In this document: positions 32,737 through 43,611 of the stretch, in pieces | Numbering within the stretch: the first letter of the stretch is position 1 | How the letters are laid out: each line of letters begins with the position of its first letter | Assembly (NCBI GenBank): GCA_946965045.2 | Contig: OX337232.1 | Coordinates: forward strand, 2,728,001-2,792,000 | Reading direction: 5' to 3' | Origin: Epithemia pelagica | Taxonomy: Eukaryota > Protista > Bacillariophyta | Length of the DNA: 64,000 nucleotides | Position numbers and translations under genes: made by a program | Notes under the pieces: model-generated | Told to the model about the DNA's origin: nothing | The model's database searches: none | The model's input: only the letters and a program-made list of their open reading frames with translations

Positions 32737-33788
32737 TTATTTTGTTTGGTTTTTGACACCCTCGATGCGCGCTTTAATAGCATCTTGATCACCCAAATAA
32801 CGGCCCTTCAGGGGAGCAATAGCATTGGCTTGTGGGATTGGTTTGAGATTCTCGTCCAATTCATACACAAGAGGAGTCCCCGTTGGAATATTCAATTCGG
32901 CAATGGTGCCTTCATCGATGTCGTCCAAGTGCTTGACAAGAGCTCGGAGTGAGTTCCCATGAGCAGCAATCAAGACAGTCTTGCCTTCCAAAATCTTGGG
33001 CGAAATTTCATTCTTCCACAGGGGAACAACCCGGTCCAAGGTTGTCGCCAACGATTCCGTGAACTCTTCCGGGAAATCAAAATCGGCATATCGCGGGTCA
33101 TTGGCCGGGTGGTGTTCACTGGTTTTGTCAACGGGAGGGGGAGGAACATCGTAGGACCGACGCCACACCAACACCTGATCTTTTCCATACTTATCGACCG
33201 TGGCTTGTTTGTCCAATCCCTGTAGAGCACCATAGTGACGTTCATTTAATTGCCATACATTGTTGACTGGAATCCACATCCGATTTGTTTGTTCGAGCAC
33301 ATGCCACAGCGTTCTGATAGCCCGTTGCAAAAGGGACGTATAAGCCACCGTGGGTTCCAATCCCTCTTTGGCAATCAACTGTCCCCCTTCAACCACCTCT
33401 TCGTGGCCCTTTGGTGACAAAGGACAATCATACCAACCAGTGAACTACGGAAACAAAACGACGGACAGAGCAATATAAAAGTAAGAACAGAATTCCTTGA
33501 CATCATCCCCTTTATTGCAACAAATTCTCCCTAAAATGAATGCTGAAGTTCTGAACCCATACCTTATTTTCAAGATTCCATGTCGATTCACCATGTCGAA
33601 TGAGGATCAGCGTGTGTTTTTCCGCAGTCTGGAACGTTGCCAAGCTGGAAGAAGATACCAAAAGTACCTGTGGTGAGATCTCACTTTCGCTGCAAGCAGA
33701 GGAATTGATCGAAGGATTCCTTAACCTACCTTAGCAAGCTGCGTACACGAGACGCCAAACGAAGAGAGGAACGGGAGATGGCAAACAT
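32737..33788 (-). CDS. gpmA: 2,3-BPG-dependent phosphoglycerate mutase, mitochondrion-targeted; 3 exons (33788-33747, 33667-33563, 33444-32737)
   Basis: Splicing out GT-AG introns 33746-33668 and 33562-33445 gives MFAISRSSLRLASR|VLLVSSSSLATFQTAEKHTLILIRHGESTWNLENK|FTGWYDCPLS...LNERHYGALQG...AHGNSLRAL. Confidence 0.93.
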
Positions 33789-34118
33789 GGTGGTCGGTCA
33801 AATGAGAAACAAAAAGGGTGCACCCCCATGGAGGGGGACGGGAAGCTTCCGAAAAGATTCCATCATCAAACCCCAGCGACCTTAAGATCTTAAAAATCAT
33901 GATCAGATATAATATTTTTCGACATCAGAACCCTCGGGATTTGGATACAGTGTACACGATGATGTCAACACACCCAATGTGCGAAAATGACGATCGTCAC
34001 ACAACCCGGGATAAAATTGCACCTCCGCACTCCGCGTGCAAAGAGAGTAGGGGCTCCTCTTGCACCTCTTGGTTCCTGGAGAACGCCATCATATAGATGA
34101 AGACTTCTTAGAACTCTG

Positions 34119-35765
34119 TCACCAGGAATCTTCATCAACATCTGTGCTTGGCCGAGGTCTCTTTCTTGAAGTTACTCCAGATGTGTATCTTGTCGTCATG
34201 TCGAGATTGGGTTCCCATGTCAAAATTAAACCATCGGCCCCCGCTGTTAACAATTCGCCTTGCAGGGAAGCATCGTTGGGAAGTACAGTAAAGTCTCGAA
34301 TATCTTCCAAATGGCCGTTCAATTTGAACTTGGCTCGTCCACTTTCGTGAAGGTTATAGGCCGATAGGGTGGTACCTTGTGAGAACCAAATCATGGTCGA
34401 GTCGCTGTTGTTACTGTGTTGGGCCACTTGCAGCCTGGTGGTACATCGTTTCCGGGCTGAAATCAAATGCCGATGAGGAATCAATTGTCCGTAATCTCGT
34501 AGGTCCCATGTTTTGAGGGAAATGTCCCCTTGACCATGGCTCACCAGAAATTGACCCGATGGATCAAACGCTAATGCATCCACGAACAAATCATGAGACT
34601 GTACCATGGCCGTCTTTGTGCTTGTAGAATAATCGTTGGGACCGCGAGTGCGAACCGGAGCCCTCTCGGATCGATTGGATGTGTTGGAGGATTGTTGTGT
34701 TCTCGTATGTGGCGTCTGTTCTTGTTTCAAATGGGACAAATCTGGATAATAGGCATTCGAGACAAACAAACTAGGTGCCGGTTGATTGGGATCTAAACAC
34801 TCTAGGAGCCACGAATTCCGACCTGCCTTGCGAATGTCCCAGAGTCGTATGGTTCCGGCACTGCAACCACTGGCAAGCACATGAGGTGCCGTAGGGGACC
34901 ATTGGAGGGAGGCAATGCCTTTCGCCTTGCCATGCCCTGTCAAGGTATGCGAGGCGGCACCGGTTCGAATGTCTACCAATTTGATCAAGGCTGACCGTAT
35001 GGATCCTGTGGCCACCAAATGAGGCATGGCGGGTGACATGTCCACACAAGACAGTGGCATGGCCTTTGGCGTCGTCGATTCGTCCGAAGCAACTTGTCGT
35101 GTATAGGCCCGTCGGCCCGGTCCGGAAGGTACTCTTGTCCCTCCTTCATAGGCAAAGGGATTGACACGAATGACGGGTGTCATTTCGTTGGTATCCCAAA
35201 TCACAATCGAACCGGCCCGGTGGGCCGATACAAAGGCCCCCGTGTCCAGGGGATACCATCGGGCACACACCACGGATCCCAATCGTACTCGTGTGGAACC
35301 CGACGAATATTCTTCAAACGTAGGTGTACCATTGGATCGTGCCACAGCGTTGTGTACAAGCATGCGTCGTTGTGCTTGCTCCGGCTCACGCGACACCGAT
35401 GGTTGGTCATACCACCACTGCTCCCCCTCGGCCCCATTGTAGGACAAATCGTACACGGACAGATAACCATCACGACTTCCTGTGAGCAAGTATCGCGAGG
35501 ACTGACTCGGATGAACATCCATCGACTCGATACAAGAATCGAGAGAATGGATTCGTCGATGAGGAGAGAGAGACCAACCCTGGATTGATGACGATACTGC
35601 GGCTCCCAGGGAGGGTGAAAACAGGCGACTCTGGAAATGAAGCGGTGAGAGAAACTGACCCTCATTTCTTAAGCATAGCGACGAGATCAGATCTAGCCTG
35701 TGGTTTGGTGCTTGAGGGATTGGACGATAAGGCGCAACGGCCGTCGTCGAAAGAGGACGCGCCAT
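34119..35765 (-). CDS. ERCC8: WD40 DNA excision repair protein ERCC8/CSA (Rad28-like)
   Basis: RYLLTGSRDG, ARWYPLDTGAF, IWDTN, SHTLTGH and LASGCSAGTIRLWDIRKAG match the CSA WD40 pattern. Confidence 0.82.
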   Translation of the reverse strand: MARPLSTTAVAPYRPIPQAPNHRLDLISSLCLRNEGQFLSPLHFQSRLFSPSLGAAVSSSIQGWSLSPHRRIHSLDSCIESMDVHPSQSSRYLLTGSRDGYLSVYDLSYNGAEGEQWWYDQPSVSREPEQAQRRMLVHNAVARSNGTPTFEEYSSGSTRVRLGSVVCARWYPLDTGAFVSAHRAGSIVIWDTNEMTPVIRVNPFAYEGGTRVPSGPGRRAYTRQVASDESTTPKAMPLSCVDMSPAMPHLVATGSIRSALIKLVDIRTGAASHTLTGHGKAKGIASLQWSPTAPHVLASGCSAGTIRLWDIRKAGRNSWLLECLDPNQPAPSLFVSNAYYPDLSHLKQEQTPHTRTQQSSNTSNRSERAPVRTRGPNDYSTSTKTAMVQSHDLFVDALAFDPSGQFLVSHGQGDISLKTWDLRDYGQLIPHRHLISARKRCTTRLQVAQHSNNSDSTMIWFSQGTTLSAYNLHESGRAKFKLNGHLEDIRDFTVLPNDASLQGELLTAGADGLILTWEPNLDMTTRYTSGVTSRKRPRPSTDVDEDSW

Positions 35766-36120
35766 GGTGGTCGCGTCCTGGAATGATCAAGGAAATCTGT
35801 GCGTGTTTGAAGAAGAATGATTTTGGTCGCTGATCATAGCCGTGACATTCATGTGCGACCCCCACTCATCGAATCGAAACGCCCAAATCATGACACCCTG
35901 TATCATGTACACCATGGCAGTCTTTGTAATCGTTGGGTCAGGCAGATTTTGAAGTTGCAACAACTCATTTTAAAGTATTGTCGATCTTAATTGTACAGCA
36001 CATTGCCCTGTGCAAAGTTTACAACACCAAACGTGTGATAGATGACTTTATGAAAGCTTTGTCTCTTCGCGGCCCCATCACCAAGAGCTTTTATGTTGAA
36101 TACTCCTGGATGCACTCCAA

Positions 36121-37467
36121 CTACCAACCATCATCGGGGCTTTGTACAATGGGCGCAGACGATGGAGAGCTTGAGGGAGAACTCGAGGGAAATGAACTAG
36201 GTCGTTGCGATGGCCGCAAGCTTGGGTGAGTCGTCACGGTTGGAGCAGGACTTGGGACCTCGGATGGAGAGTCACTGGGAATTTCCGACGGTTGGGTGCT
36301 TGGTCTCTGAGACGGTCGCAAACTTGGCTGCGGTGAGAGAGAAGGCGATCCGGAGGGGGCTGGAGAAAGACTGGGTGCCTCGGTGGGAGGTGGCGAAGGT
36401 GGCACTTGACAAATATTGGCAAACTGTTGACAGGCAGTTGCAGCAGACGACGAAACCGAAGCTCGATCCGCAGCTTTTGCGATTCCATTACATTCGGAAT
36501 TACTCGATTGCTGAAATTTCGTAAGGGTATTTCCGCAACCTTCGTTCTGTACCTCAAAAAATCCTTCTTCACCATAAATCGCCGGTCCTTCCTCGTTGGC
36601 GTGGTTGAATTTCCACAAGGTAAATCGTGAAACCACAGTACCACGCGCAAAGAGAGCTCCTCCTTGCTCGCGGGCGAAATTGTATTCAAAGGTGGAACCA
36701 ACCATCAACAAGTCATTGCTTGTAAAGATCGCGCCACCCTGACCTCCGCTTGTCTCAGAATCGGAAATGGCTTCGTTGTGGGCAAACCTAGCTTGGTTGA
36801 CCGTCAGAGAACCAGTGTTGTGAATGGCTCCCCCTTGCTCTCCTTCATTGTAAAAGAAGGTTCCTCCGGAGAGTATTACTTCTCCCAGGTTTCGAATGGC
36901 CCCACCTGTGCTACCTTTGTTATGATGAAAGTTGCATTGCAACAAATCCGCATAGCCAAAGGAGTCCACAAGGACTGCGGCTCCGCCCAGTGAGGTGGCA
37001 CCGGAATCATCGAATCCATTTTGCTCAAAGGTACAGGCCATTGCTTGAAAGTATGCTCGAGGTTTGACCCAGACCGAGTTGGCCATGGCACCTCGAAGAG
37101 TCATTCCGTCCATGCTCATCATGGCGCCAGGACCAATCACAAAGTGGTTGTTGCGCACAGGGCAATTTATCGTACAACTATCCCCCGAACCTCCCCACCA
37201 GTAAGCGCAATAGACATGCAGTCGAAATGACTCAATCTCGTACCCAATCTCGTACCCCTCCGAGCCCTCGGACGGGCAAGCGCTACCCTCAATATGGAAC
37301 GGACAAAGCATGATAAAGCCTACCATTTGAGCTCGGTTAAGATGGTAAACCAGGTCATCCCAAGAATCATTTGCAAGTCGTATACATGCATGGCTGGTCC
37401 TGACCGTAGTCAGCAACAGTACGAAAAACCAGATCGTGGAAATGGGAATTGCTGCAAAGAACTTCAT
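36121..37467 (-). CDS. Secreted pectin-lyase-fold/Pmp-like (GGAI repeat) protein with C-terminal PS repeats
   Basis: Signal peptide, repeated GGAI/GGAL...F-x-x-N motifs, and a PSxxPS tandem tail. Confidence 0.75.
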   Translation of the reverse strand: MKFFAAIPISTIWFFVLLLTTVRTSHACIRLANDSWDDLVYHLNRAQMVGFIMLCPFHIEGSACPSEGSEGYEIGYEIESFRLHVYCAYWWGGSGDSCTINCPVRNNHFVIGPGAMMSMDGMTLRGAMANSVWVKPRAYFQAMACTFEQNGFDDSGATSLGGAAVLVDSFGYADLLQCNFHHNKGSTGGAIRNLGEVILSGGTFFYNEGEQGGAIHNTGSLTVNQARFAHNEAISDSETSGGQGGAIFTSNDLLMVGSTFEYNFAREQGGALFARGTVVSRFTLWKFNHANEEGPAIYGEEGFFEVQNEGCGNTLTKFQQSSNSECNGIAKAADRASVSSSAATACQQFANICQVPPSPPPTEAPSLSPAPSGSPSLSPQPSLRPSQRPSTQPSEIPSDSPSEVPSPAPTVTTHPSLRPSQRPSSFPSSSPSSSPSSAPIVQSPDDGW

Positions 37468-38976
37468 GGCCAAGACTAGGAACTGAAATGGAAAGCAAGT
37501 TGTGGTTTATGTTGAGATAATGAGAAGAAGGGAAGAGGGAACGCCAAACGATTGCGTTGGTCGAATGCCGTGGGAGTTGGTTTCCACGAATAGTGAACCA
37601 ATCCCCGAAGATGTGGACGATGGACGGCAGCTCAAGCACACACAAGAGACCCAACAAAGGCGTCACACGCAACTTTCGAGTCAAAATGTGAGCGGTGGTG
37701 CGCAGGTCTGCTTCCTGGATTGGCAACGTTGACCGCGGTGCCACATTGCTGGATGCAGTACATTGGATTCTAGATAATGTGATAAGGTCATGTCCAATCA
37801 ATTGATGGGGTTGTCGCCGGGCTACAAGACCGTCATAGTTAATCGAATGTTTTGTACTATAGATAACGAACGCCGTGCACCAACCGTTTCCATGTCTACG
37901 AGTACTTAGTCAACAGGACTGTCCGACCGTCGCGGCCCTCGCTTACCCAACATCCATTACGACAAAATAAAGTCATTCCCATAAAGGCAGTGTGGTCGAC
38001 ACCACTAGCTTTTCGTTGAACGCGGGCCATGGTCCAGTTACAAAATTGGCCATAACACAAGTCGTGCTTCATCCATGACCTTTCATGGCCTTTGAAATAG
38101 CTTGTTGGGCATTCTGCATCCCGTCGTGTTTTGGGTTGGTTCGTCTAAGTGATGGTATCCTTATCCCACGAAAGTTCCGATCCGGACAAGCACAAACAAC
38201 AACGACCAAAATGTGAGACCGTTCGTAGTCTGGTCGTGAAGGAGCAGTTCAGTCGTGGTTTGTCGAACGAGCGCAAAATCGGTGACGTCATAAACGTGAC
38301 ATAATCCCTATGGGATCGGAACCAGCGAAGATTCTTTCCACGCGCGGGGGCAATGCCAAATTTTTCATCCGTTTCTCAACGGAGAGCCAACGGAGAGTTG
38401 TACGCGACTCAATGCAAACCAATTTTCACATTTCACATACTTGGATTGTCGTGAACATGCCGGCGTGGAAGTTTCCTAAGTCCCCTTATTCCGAATAATT
38501 GATCAACGCACGCGACGAAAGTCGTTCGATCCGAACGTCCAACGTCCACTCGTACCGCGCCATCAATCATCTGCAATCTGCAACTGCGCGGAGTAAAAGT
38601 CCCGCAGAACGAACTGCGTTGTGGCAAGTCGCACGCCGTGCATTTGTGCTCCCTCTTCGTTTATTTGAGATTGGGAACGATCCGACAACAAAGCCAACAA
38701 CATTCGATCAACGGAATCGACAGTGTGTCATTGCGTCACGTCTTTGCTTCGAGACATTTGAGAGTAGACGCAACAACGAAAGTGGAGACGAAAAGAGGAA
38801 TCCTCGTTAGGCGCAACCGACTTCCTCGCCATTGTTCTCTTGCGCTCTACTCCGTACTATCGTGCCAGACACCGCGCAGCTCTCGTCACTCGGCTACCAC
38901 CTGTCCACGAATCTCACGAGCCACGCCAATCACGCCGACAATCAAGTCAGTATCCTATTTGTTGAATTGATTGACC

Positions 38977-40422
38977 ATGTCGTACGGTACGAACCGCGAA
39001 GTTGGAGACGGCAGTAGTACAGCTGGGATGTTTACCTACCCATCGTCTCCTTTGTTTGAACAACCCTTTGCCAATCGTGACTTTTATGCGGATCAAACAC
39101 CATTGCGGTCACGCAATGCTGGCAGCAGTAGCGGTCAATCTGTTATGGGTGGAGGAGAAAATGATGCTTTCTTTGCGCCCAAGAACCCGTATTTCACCAC
39201 ACCACAACGGAGGAAACGTTCCTTCCACCAATTTTCGCCCGATCGATGGGTGAGGCAAGTCATGAGACTTGTGTTACTGTCGCCATTGATTGTATTGGTA
39301 CTTTGGTCCGTCAGTGCCGTTTTCCTTGCTCCCTCTGCTTCGTCTTCTGCTGCGCGGCAAGCGGCGCAACTGAAGAAGCAACCAAAGGCGCAAGCAATCT
39401 TTCAGAAACAACAGCAACAACAAAATAGAAGAAAGAGAGGGACATCGCAGCAGACACAACAAAGTGGAACCACATCTACAAAGGCCAAGGAATACCTGGA
39501 GGAAGGACTTTTGGAGGTTGTTGAATTGTCAGGAGACTTACTTGGAGAGGCTCAACCACCACAACTGACCCGAGCTCAAGCGGGGTCACTTCAAAGCCAA
39601 CCGCAGGTAGGCCAGACTTTACCGCAACAAAGACCCTTGATTCCGGTGGTCAACCCATTGGGTGCTACTATGCCGCAAACAGAGTCAAGAGCGGCGCATC
39701 TGGTTCATTCGATGGAACATTCGGTGGGCCAGTACTTTCACCAGAACTCACCCAGCAAACAGTTGAATATGTTGCCTTCTTCGCATAATAATTTGATTGT
39801 GCAACCGCAGCATTTGATGGCTCAAACACCGAATCTGCGCGGTTCTACCAATCAGAAGAAGGTTGCCTATTACTTTTATGATCCTCGAGCTACCCTAGTG
39901 GGACAGGATGGGCAGTTGTATTTGCCCAATGTTGTGTATGATCAAGCTGGGAATGCTCTGGATACCAACAGCATTGGCCGTGGTGGAGCCACTCAAGTGT
40001 TTATTCAACCACCACCACCAATGGGAGCGACATCTTCCTCCTCTACAACTAGCTCTGTGACCTCGAACACCACGGATAGCAGTTCTGAACCCGAACTTGC
40101 TCGTGTTCTTCCGGTGCAAGACCCTGCAAAGGGTATTTCGTTTCCGTCCAAGAACGACATAACGGAAGCAGTCCAGAGAGCGGAAGCAGATTATCAAGAA
40201 AACGGGTCGTCGGTCATTGTGGCAACGGTCGCCGTCATGGCCTTGTTGGTGGGCGCTTTGTCGGCCCGCAAACTGCGAGGTCGAGCATCGATTCTCAACT
40301 CATGTATTGAAAACGAGCGTTTGGACCACATGAGTTTGGTAGACGACACCGCCACAGAAACCAACAATACTGCCTACTCCACCTTTCATTGGAAGGGCGA
40401 TTTGGAAAAGTTTGATGTGTAG
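38977..40422 (+). CDS. Hypothetical membrane protein (two TM segments, Q-rich)
   Basis: Long ORF with TM segments LVLLSPLIVLVLWSVSAVFL and VIVATVAVMALLVGAL. Confidence 0.75.
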   Translation: MSYGTNREVGDGSSTAGMFTYPSSPLFEQPFANRDFYADQTPLRSRNAGSSSGQSVMGGGENDAFFAPKNPYFTTPQRRKRSFHQFSPDRWVRQVMRLVLLSPLIVLVLWSVSAVFLAPSASSSAARQAAQLKKQPKAQAIFQKQQQQQNRRKRGTSQQTQQSGTTSTKAKEYLEEGLLEVVELSGDLLGEAQPPQLTRAQAGSLQSQPQVGQTLPQQRPLIPVVNPLGATMPQTESRAAHLVHSMEHSVGQYFHQNSPSKQLNMLPSSHNNLIVQPQHLMAQTPNLRGSTNQKKVAYYFYDPRATLVGQDGQLYLPNVVYDQAGNALDTNSIGRGGATQVFIQPPPPMGATSSSSTTSSVTSNTTDSSSEPELARVLPVQDPAKGISFPSKNDITEAVQRAEADYQENGSSVIVATVAVMALLVGALSARKLRGRASILNSCIENERLDHMSLVDDTATETNNTAYSTFHWKGDLEKFDV

Positions 40423-40855
40423 GCGGAGGATAACCTGGTGTCAAGCCTTCTGGGTCATCGGAACGATGCTTCCACTCCGAGTAGCATTGTAAGAGGCACC
40501 GATCAAACAAAATATAGCATGTAAATTATTGTGGTTGTATCTTTGTGTTCTTTGTTGGGATGATCAAGGTCGATTCCTATTCGTTTTGCCTTGAGTGCAA
40601 AGTACTATGAGTAGCTCCTTTGAGTTCAGATGAAATGCATACTCGTAGCATAGCCCACATAGCAAGGGGGTTAATTCGTAATCCTGCTTCCAAAGAAGTT
40701 TGATGGGTGCAATTTTCGCGCTCACAAATTTCCGATGCCCTTTTCGCGAAGGCCAAGTTCCCTAAAGTTCCAACTGTAATGGACTGTCAGCGTGTCTCTT
40801 CTCCTCATGATTACAATCTGGAGGAATGTGATCTTCCAAAAGCTCATTTGATGCA

Positions 40856-42247
40856 ATGAACCTTTCAATGTATGCCACATGGAAACCGCCGCCCTCTCCG
40901 TCGAATTTCGTTGAAGGACAACATAGGGCCTCTAGCCCTGTTGCTCATGCCTATTCCAATGGCAGGCAACGGACATCTAAGCAACGTGTATTTGTTGCAA
41001 CTCGAGTAACGCTTCTGTGCTGTGTTTGTGCACTCGTGGCCTTTCCTGTTAATTGGTTTGGACGACATGATCCCTGGGTCGACCCCAGTACTCGAAGCAA
41101 CATTCTCGCTACCTCGTCCTCGATGACGGCGGCGGCACAAAGGGGTCGAGATGATAACTACAATGAGATTCGAAATCAACAAGACTATTCATGGTGTCGC
41201 TATGGCCCTTCTGGCTTACAAGCCTTGGTTCAACTCAGTATGTGGAACCAAAGTTCTTTGTCGGAGCAAGCACCACGAATTCCCCCAACACTTATTTTCA
41301 CGCACCATGCAAACTTTTTTCGAAACAAGAAACCTCGACTGTTGTATGACAATGTACAACACACCATTCAAGAGTATAGACGCCTTTTCAACCATCAGCT
41401 GCAGCTGGCCAGATCCACTACTACAACTGCTCCAGGAGCCAATCGAACCGTGTTCACGCCCAAGGTTTTGTTTTTGTCGGATGACGAGTGTCGAGGGTTG
41501 GTGTACCAAGCACATACCGATCTCGCCCAATATTTTGACGCCGAACCAGATGCAACGCAGCGCTCCAAAATGTGTCGTATAGCTGCCCTCTACATCCACG
41601 GTGGATACTACTTTGACGTTGATTTGCAAGTGATGGAAGCCCTCGATGTCGATCTTTCGACCACTCGATTTGTTGCCGTGGCGAATCTTCCAAATCCTGC
41701 CACTCAAAGGGTCCCACTCACAATATCAGGCGTCTCCTATGACGCGACAAAGCATCCGAAACGACCGAATACCTATAAAAGAAAAGATGGTAGAGGTTTT
41801 GTGCCGTCCTTTCTTGCGTCTGCACCTGGCAACCCAATCCTTCGACATGCAATCGAACAAATACTGGCCATCAAAGTGAAACATAGCACTGCTTCAACGA
41901 CAAATGCAGTGCCTCTATGGAAAGGGGGAAAGGGTCCTGGAGGTAAATGGGGATCGGCCAACCCGGCCAGTCTGGACTTGTCGCGAATACTCTACAAGGC
42001 CGTCCAAGTTGTCTCAGTTCGTTGTGGGTCATTGGATGTGCATCTCTTGCAACAATCTAGAGTTGGCGACGCTGAACCATCCTCGTGGAGTTCCTATGCA
42101 TATGGATCCACCATATCCGCAGAATTGACGGATCGAACCAATGTTGATCCATGCAGCAATCTCATTCACGAACGACATGACAAGAACAAAGTATACTTCT
42201 CGGCCATGGCCCATCACAAACGCAATTGTCAAAAGCGGGGAAAGTAG
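40856..42247 (+). CDS. DxD glycosyltransferase, GT32/Och1-like
   Basis: N-terminal TM, IPPTLIFT, and SKMCRIAALYIHGGYYFDVD. Confidence 0.8.
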   Translation: MNLSMYATWKPPPSPSNFVEGQHRASSPVAHAYSNGRQRTSKQRVFVATRVTLLCCVCALVAFPVNWFGRHDPWVDPSTRSNILATSSSMTAAAQRGRDDNYNEIRNQQDYSWCRYGPSGLQALVQLSMWNQSSLSEQAPRIPPTLIFTHHANFFRNKKPRLLYDNVQHTIQEYRRLFNHQLQLARSTTTTAPGANRTVFTPKVLFLSDDECRGLVYQAHTDLAQYFDAEPDATQRSKMCRIAALYIHGGYYFDVDLQVMEALDVDLSTTRFVAVANLPNPATQRVPLTISGVSYDATKHPKRPNTYKRKDGRGFVPSFLASAPGNPILRHAIEQILAIKVKHSTASTTNAVPLWKGGKGPGGKWGSANPASLDLSRILYKAVQVVSVRCGSLDVHLLQQSRVGDAEPSSWSSYAYGSTISAELTDRTNVDPCSNLIHERHDKNKVYFSAMAHHKRNCQKRGK

Positions 42248-42444
42248 TTGAATAGTTGAAAATTTCCTGACAACAATTGGGAATCCACAAACAGTTCACA
42301 GTGTGGAGAGCAATTCTCCCACGTGGGAGACCTACACGCAAAGTACAGAGAGTGACAGCAATTGACTGGATAACGTGTTCTAGCGGAGAATATGCAAGGA
42401 TGCATAGAACATTGGAATTCGAAGAATAAGGTTCATCTCGCAGT

Positions 42445-43161
42445 CTAACCGGCAGTGGTTTGGGGCTCTGAAGCGGCCGCAGCCGGTCCCTTTATTATCT
42501 CATCCAAGAGTTCAATTTCTTTGGTTTTCAAGTCATGCTGACGTTCCAACAAACCAACCGCATGTTTGGTCCGATCCAGACACTCTTGGATGCGTTTTTC
42601 CTTGGGTGAATATTGGGACATGCGAGCCGCCAATCGTTCTCGCATCCCTCCTCCTTTCTGGGGGGCTGGCTCCGCCAAACCCGTAGCCACATACGAATCG
42701 TAGGCCTGCAAACCAAACATTTCCTTACGGCGACGAATATCACGATCTAATAGCTTGATTTGGGCTTCCAATTTGGTTTCGACAGCATTGGTACTAACCC
42801 ATTGTCCAGCCTTGGCCAGTTTTTCACCCGCCGTGCTGGCACTTGCACCGTTCATTCGAGACGCCTGCAATATTTCTTGTTCATTTCGGTGCGATTGTTG
42901 ATGAGCTTCAATATCTCGAATGTCTTTTCGGCAAGCTTCAAAGGGTTCACTCAAGTGTGTTTGCTGCAACTGAAATACTTTGGAGTTGGTTTTCGAAACA
43001 ACACCACCTCCAAACACTTTGGCCTCGGTCTCCAACAAATCGTAGAGCTCAATGCCAAAGGCGTACTTTCGGTTGGTTATTTCTCTGTCCAAAAGTGCCA
43101 GTTCGCCTTGAATCTTGGTTTTCTTGGTTCCTGCCTTTAGTTTGTCCCACAGTCGTCCCAT
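42445..43161 (-). CDS. Hypothetical coiled-coil protein with an internal two-fold repeat
   Basis: KIQGELALLDREITNRKYAFGIELYD and KLEAQIKLLDRDIRRRKEMFGLQAYD. Confidence 0.75.
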   Translation of the reverse strand: MGRLWDKLKAGTKKTKIQGELALLDREITNRKYAFGIELYDLLETEAKVFGGGVVSKTNSKVFQLQQTHLSEPFEACRKDIRDIEAHQQSHRNEQEILQASRMNGASASTAGEKLAKAGQWVSTNAVETKLEAQIKLLDRDIRRRKEMFGLQAYDSYVATGLAEPAPQKGGGMRERLAARMSQYSPKEKRIQECLDRTKHAVGLLERQHDLKTKEIELLDEIIKGPAAAASEPQTTAG

Positions 43162-43611
43162 GTTTTCAAAATCAACGGTGTTCTAGGCGGATGCAGTTGC
43201 CGTCTTCTCCTTTTTCACTCTCGTGAGATGGATTTCCAACTGGATGATCTTTGCGAAAACACCCTCGCCGTTGGCGTCAAGACCTGTTTTGATGCGTTTC
43301 GATTCTTCGTGTTGGATCTCTGGCTCTTGTTTCCGACCGTTTCGCGTCATTCATTCGTGCCGCCAGTCCAAAAATGCGAAGTCCCACATCCTCGACAATC
43401 ACGGGTGCGTTCAAAAGCGACTGGAACCAGATTCAGTCGCCGACAATGCCACGCAATAAGAGGAATCAATTCAAGCACTCAACAGCTAGCAGAGAAATTC
43501 CATCAGATACCCGAGCAACGAAAGAAGGAACACTTGTTGACAACTGGGTAGACGAGGCAGCAGAGGTCAACATCAAGTGCTGGTTAACTTGAACAACAGG
43601 CAGCACCAAAA

